From NCBI RefSeq assembly GCF_029227855.1, contig NZ_CP074356.1: DNA of 64,000 bases, one strand, 5' to 3'. This stretch comes from Escherichia coli (GTDB lineage: Bacteria > Pseudomonadota > Gammaproteobacteria > Enterobacterales > Enterobacteriaceae). Position 1 is the stretch's first letter; each line of letters opens with the position of its first letter. Positions 59,871 to 64,000 of this stretch are shown here, one piece after another. The notes under the pieces are model-generated. The model searched no databases. It saw only the letters and a list, made by a program, of their open reading frames with translations, and was not told the origin of the DNA. Made by a program: the position numbers and the translations under genes.

Positions 59871-60911
59871 ATGGCTACATCGACAGTAATTCCTGATGAC
59901 ATCAAAACGCTAAAATCCGACGTTAGCAAATTAAAAAACGATCAAGGAAGCTACGCAACAAAATTATATGTAGACAGCAAAGATGAAATCGTTGGTGACT
60001 GGTCTGTTTCATGGTATCAGCAGGTATTGCCAACTAGCGGAGCTATATTTGGGAGAAAACTCCGCTCAACTCACAGGACGGCAGGTGTTGAGGATGCGTA
60101 TTGCGAACTATACCTCAAAAAATGGATAGACAGTCCAGGTAACGCAATGGCGCGCCTTAACCTGAACGATAACGGGACAAACATTTGCTGGGACTTTACC
60201 AACCTTTATGGCGGTACGATGATTTTTCCCGGTGACAGCGGATACCTCAAAATGGGTAACTGCCTTATGTCATACAGCAAGCGTGGAAGTAACGCGCTTA
60301 TTAAATTTGATTACACCGACACATTACAGATCAAATATGCCAATCATGGGTCAACCATGACATTAAACACACAGGGAACCGCTTATGCTGGTGTTACTGC
60401 TCAATTGTGGGGCAACTCCAGCCGTCCTGTTGTTTATGAAGTCGGTGTTGATGGTGGCGCTTATATGTTCTATGCGCAGAAAAATACCGATAACACCTAT
60501 ATGTTAAGCGTTAATGGTGCATGTCATGCCACCGCATTTAACCAGCATTCCGACCGGGATCTGAAAGACAACATTCAGGTGATCGATAATGCAACCGACC
60601 GCATCCGTAAAATGAACGGCTATACATACACGCTTAAAGAAAACGGTATGCCCTATGCTGGTGTCATTGCACAGGAAGCTCTGGAAGCAATCCCAGAAGT
60701 TGTAGGTTCCGCAATGAAATATCAGGACGGTGCGAGCGGATCGGAAGGTGAAGAAGGTGAACGTTATTACACAGTAGATTATTCTGGTGTTACTGGCTTG
60801 CTTGTTCAGGTAGCCAGAGAGTCAGACGACAGAATAACAGCACTGGAAGAAGAAAACGCAGAATTAAGACAAAGATTATCTGCAATTGATGCGGCGCTTG
60901 CGTCTAAATAA
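59871..60911 (+). CDS. Second tail fibre/spike protein with C-terminal intramolecular-chaperone (S74-like) domain
   Basis: C-terminus ..HQHSDRDLKDNIQVIDNATDRIRKMNGYTYTLKENGMPYAGVIAQEALEAIPEVV.. resembles the autoproteolytic chaperone module. Confidence 0.65.
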   Translation: MATSTVIPDDIKTLKSDVSKLKNDQGSYATKLYVDSKDEIVGDWSVSWYQQVLPTSGAIFGRKLRSTHRTAGVEDAYCELYLKKWIDSPGNAMARLNLNDNGTNICWDFTNLYGGTMIFPGDSGYLKMGNCLMSYSKRGSNALIKFDYTDTLQIKYANHGSTMTLNTQGTAYAGVTAQLWGNSSRPVVYEVGVDGGAYMFYAQKNTDNTYMLSVNGACHATAFNQHSDRDLKDNIQVIDNATDRIRKMNGYTYTLKENGMPYAGVIAQEALEAIPEVVGSAMKYQDGASGSEGEEGERYYTVDYSGVTGLLVQVARESDDRITALEEENAELRQRLSAIDAALASK

Positions 60912-60938
60912 TATTAAGGGGCCGAGCGCCCCGTTTTA

Positions 60939-61247
60939 TTGGGTAGGATGAAAATGGATATAACACCTTTCCTTCATGCGCTTTGTGCTGTGGCTGCGCA
61001 GCTACTGATTGGTCTTTTTACCGGGAACTGGGCTTACGGGGCGATAGCCGGTTGTACGTTCTTCATTGCGCGTGAACACACCCAGGCAGAATATCGCTGG
61101 ATCGAAATGTTCGGGCATGGCAAGCGAATGAATATGCCGTGGTGGGGCGGTTTTGATCCACGCGCGTGGGATGTGGCAAGCCTGATGGATTTTGCTGTGC
61201 CGGTGGTGGCGTGTCTGCTGGTCTGGCTGTTGGTTAATCGTGGGTGA
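60939..61247 (+). CDS. Hypothetical membrane protein (102 aa)
   Basis: Two predicted TM helices. Confidence 0.4.
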   Translation: MGRMKMDITPFLHALCAVAAQLLIGLFTGNWAYGAIAGCTFFIAREHTQAEYRWIEMFGHGKRMNMPWWGGFDPRAWDVASLMDFAVPVVACLLVWLLVNRG

Positions 61248-61386
61248 AAAAAGGTGGGCTGTATATGCAACGGAGGAAGAAACCACGTTGCTGGAAGCCT
61301 GGAAGAAGTATCGGGTGTTGCTGAACCGTGTTAATACAACAACTGCACCGGATATTGAATGGCCAACAGTACCCATTATCGAATAG
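61240..61386 (+). pseudogene. tfa: Tail fibre assembly protein (Tfa) C-terminal remnant
   Basis: ..[34 protein letters not shown] matches the conserved Tfa C-terminus; no N-terminal region. Confidence 0.5.
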
Positions 61387-61459
61387 TGCATTACGAACTG
61401 CAGGATATTATATGGGATAATATTCTGCAGTTTATTGGGGCTGTATTTTAAAAAGGTGT

Positions 61460-62791
61460 TTATTTTGAGTGAATTATCACCTTGTTTTTTCCGGTTCTTT
61501 TGGCTTGATATAACGCTTTGTCGGCATTGACTAACATTTCAGATGGACTGAGATTATTCTCTTTTGAAGCAAAGCAACCAATACTGACAGTTATTTTCTC
61601 AGGTCCATGCGATAATAATTTTTCCGAGCATTGCTCTTCAATGTTTTTTCTGATTCGCTCTGCAATTGATAGCAAGAGTTTTTGAGTATTACCTTTAATG
61701 ATAATACCGAACTCCTCACCGCCTAAGCGCCCTAATATATCCTCTTTCCTGATGGATTTTTTTATTATTCTGGTAACCATTACTATGACTTGATCACCCA
61801 TATGATGCCCCCATTTGTCATTGATGCTTTTGAAACTGTCAATATCTAACATTATTACTGAGAAATCATGGTGTTTTGATATATTCTTCAATGAGTCAAT
61901 AAAGTATCTTCTATTGTATGTATTCGTTAGTGGATCATGAATTGCCATATGATTAGCATGATTTAATTTCCTGAAAACATAATACATGAGTGTTGAAATG
62001 ATATAAATCATTGATATCAATTCAAGAAATTTTGTCATGTACCATGCAGGATGGGATTTATCAATAAAATACAATAAAATTAGATTATTGCATACTGACA
62101 CTATACTAATAAGTATTATACACAACCATATTTTTGAGTAATTACGTATGCTGATGCATGAGCTGATAAGTAATACAAGCCAAAATACTGATATTATTTT
62201 GGTGTACACGATATTCCACGTCGACAAATGACGATTCAGCGAGTATTGTATAATATTAAGACTATATTTTATATGGTCACTGCTTAGATTTTTTGCTACA
62301 AACGGAGTAATAAAAAGAATTAATATTGACAAAACAACAATTATTATGTTTCTTTTATCTTCTAAAATACTTTTATTTTTAACATTGGTGGAATAAACAG
62401 CCAGAAAGATTATAGATATAAAGCTGAACTGACGGAATAGATAATATATTGCGATATCATTTGATTTCTGATAGATTGTAGATAAATCGTTACCTAACGG
62501 AGATAAAGAAATAATAGCCACTTCTAATAAATAATACGTGTTGCTCAAAAACGCGAATGAAAGAATTAAGAGATAACTTTGTCTCTGATTAGAAACATAG
62601 TAAAGCAATAGAAAAATAAAAATCATCAGGTTTATGAAAAAAAGCCCAATAATGAAAACACTATAACTTATTTGTGTTGTTTGTGTTATGTATATTCCAT
62701 TATTTTCATGCAGTAACAAAAATATAATAGAGATGCATGAAAATAAAAAGATGAAGATTTTTATTTTTATAGGTACCTGGTTGATAATCAT
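61460..62791 (-). CDS. Membrane-anchored diguanylate cyclase (GGDEF domain), AT-rich moron at prophage right end
   Basis: N-terminal multi-TM region; C-terminal GGDEF with RLGGEEFGII active-site motif. Confidence 0.8.
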   Translation of the reverse strand: MIINQVPIKIKIFIFLFSCISIIFLLLHENNGIYITQTTQISYSVFIIGLFFINLMIFIFLLLYYVSNQRQSYLLILSFAFLSNTYYLLEVAIISLSPLGNDLSTIYQKSNDIAIYYLFRQFSFISIIFLAVYSTNVKNKSILEDKRNIIIVVLSILILFITPFVAKNLSSDHIKYSLNIIQYSLNRHLSTWNIVYTKIISVFWLVLLISSCISIRNYSKIWLCIILISIVSVCNNLILLYFIDKSHPAWYMTKFLELISMIYIISTLMYYVFRKLNHANHMAIHDPLTNTYNRRYFIDSLKNISKHHDFSVIMLDIDSFKSINDKWGHHMGDQVIVMVTRIIKKSIRKEDILGRLGGEEFGIIIKGNTQKLLLSIAERIRKNIEEQCSEKLLSHGPEKITVSIGCFASKENNLSPSEMLVNADKALYQAKRTGKNKVIIHSK

Positions 62792-63383
62792 GTACGCACC
62801 TGAGAATGATATATATATAATATGTATCGCTACAAATAACGATAATTTCTTACTGGTGATAGTATACTATTATTCTGGTTAATCGCTGTCAAATTGATGA
62901 TTTTGGTTAGTATTGCAATAGCGAAGGGTTTGATCCGGTAAGACTGGCTAGGCAAGGCTATACCAAAAAATCAGTGTAGGTTCAGAAAACGATGCACCAT
63001 ACAATCATCAATAATTTCAAATTGTCCATTGTGCATAAATCATAAAGAAAACCGCAGCACGTCGTATGCAAGAACGTGCTGCGGTTGGCTGGTGAGCTTT
63101 CGATAGTGCGAGTATTGAATGATTTCCAGACGTTACCGATTTTATATAACTGCAGTGGAATTATTCAACACACAGGCAAAACGGAATAAGCTGAGAAAAA
63201 AGCGTGCTTTCCCAATCTGGGGCAAATCACGTCTGAATGACACCTGAAAACAGGTGGTAGCCTCAAGAAGGCTTGGAATATTCTTCTTTAATGTTATGTA
63301 ATTCATTGATTTTTCTTGTACGATTTTAAGACATTTATTCCAAGAAAAATTTTTAACTCTTTGATTTTTCGACTCTGTATCAT

Positions 63384-63445
63384 CGGTCTCGAAAACCGGA
63401 GTAGGGGCAACTCTACCGGGGGTTCAAATCCCCCTCTCTCCGCCA
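63384..63445 (+). repeat. Prophage right attachment site: 62-bp copy of the serU 3' end
   Basis: CGGTCTCGAAAACCGGAGTAGGGGCAACTCTACCGGGGGTTCAAATCCCCCTCTCTCCGCCA identical to 7064..7125. Confidence 0.85.
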
Positions 63446-64000
63446 CTTTATCAATGACTTATCTCCCGACTTCCCGCCTTGCTTTTCCTAAACAGAACAA
63501 TCGTAGAATATTCTTGAAGGGTTAGATCGTCACTGTTTTCTGTTCGATACTGTGACATTCAGCACTTGATTCGCTATGGATCTGACAGGAAGGTTTCGAG
63601 CGAAAATCTGCAATTATTCAGTCGTTTTCTTATCGGTCACCATTATTCTTTTAGACATTGATCCTACAAAGCTGCCGCAAAGTTGGTGGTGGGAACTGAA
63701 GTTGCGTAGAGAAGGGGGCAATAATTGAGCAAAAAAAGGAACGCGGCCGTCAGATTAAAGCCGCGGGACAAAGTCCATAATTTCCAAGAGTTGTTGAATT
63801 TCCCAGCTTTTTTGAAAGCCTTTGTATCATACTAACAAGTAAAAAAGGTTTAAATACCAAAATTAACCTATATTTCTGGTTAGCTTTACCATGACAGATG
63901 ACTTGCTCCTGGAGACATTGGCGCAGCCAGTCTGTATTGGTGAGTTGTGTATTTATTGTTCGCCGTTTTCTCAGTTTTTTTCTACAGACGTAATAAAAAA

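Noticed and set aside
63316-63525. ORF 63316..63525
   Set aside because: It is made of the duplicated tRNA-Ser 3' end (attR), with peptide identical to the ORF over serU.

Overview
This window is an Escherichia/Shigella-type chromosomal segment: the 5' part of the adhesin gene yeeJ (minus strand), tRNA-Asn (asnT), mtfA and tRNA-Ser (serU), followed by a ~56-kb lambdoid prophage integrated at serU (62-bp tRNA 3'-end repeat at 7064..7125 and 63384..63445). The prophage is mosaic: integrase/xis/exonuclease, a Qin-like dicA-ydfABC-dicF-dicB-ydfD module, a replication gene with internal iterons, hok, rusA, Q, two tRNAs, a phage-21-type lysis cassette, and a near-canonical lambda morphogenesis block (cos, Nu1, A, W, B, C/Nu3, D, E, FI..J, lom, stf). 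The main finding is that the major capsid gene E is split after codon 82 by an 11.1-kb integrase-bearing satellite-like element (32745..43863) flanked by a 10-bp direct repeat. That element carries a P4-type integrase with an in-frame amber codon, AlpA, a P4/D5-type primase with downstream iterons, SSB, its own E-like capsid and D-like decoration genes, and its own cos site. It also has AT-rich cargo genes at both ends: a DUF2971-like protein with a SWIM zinc-finger/RHH pair, and a TIR-domain protein, which are candidate anti-phage defence functions. All calls are from reading the sequence and recalled protein families; no database searches were run.
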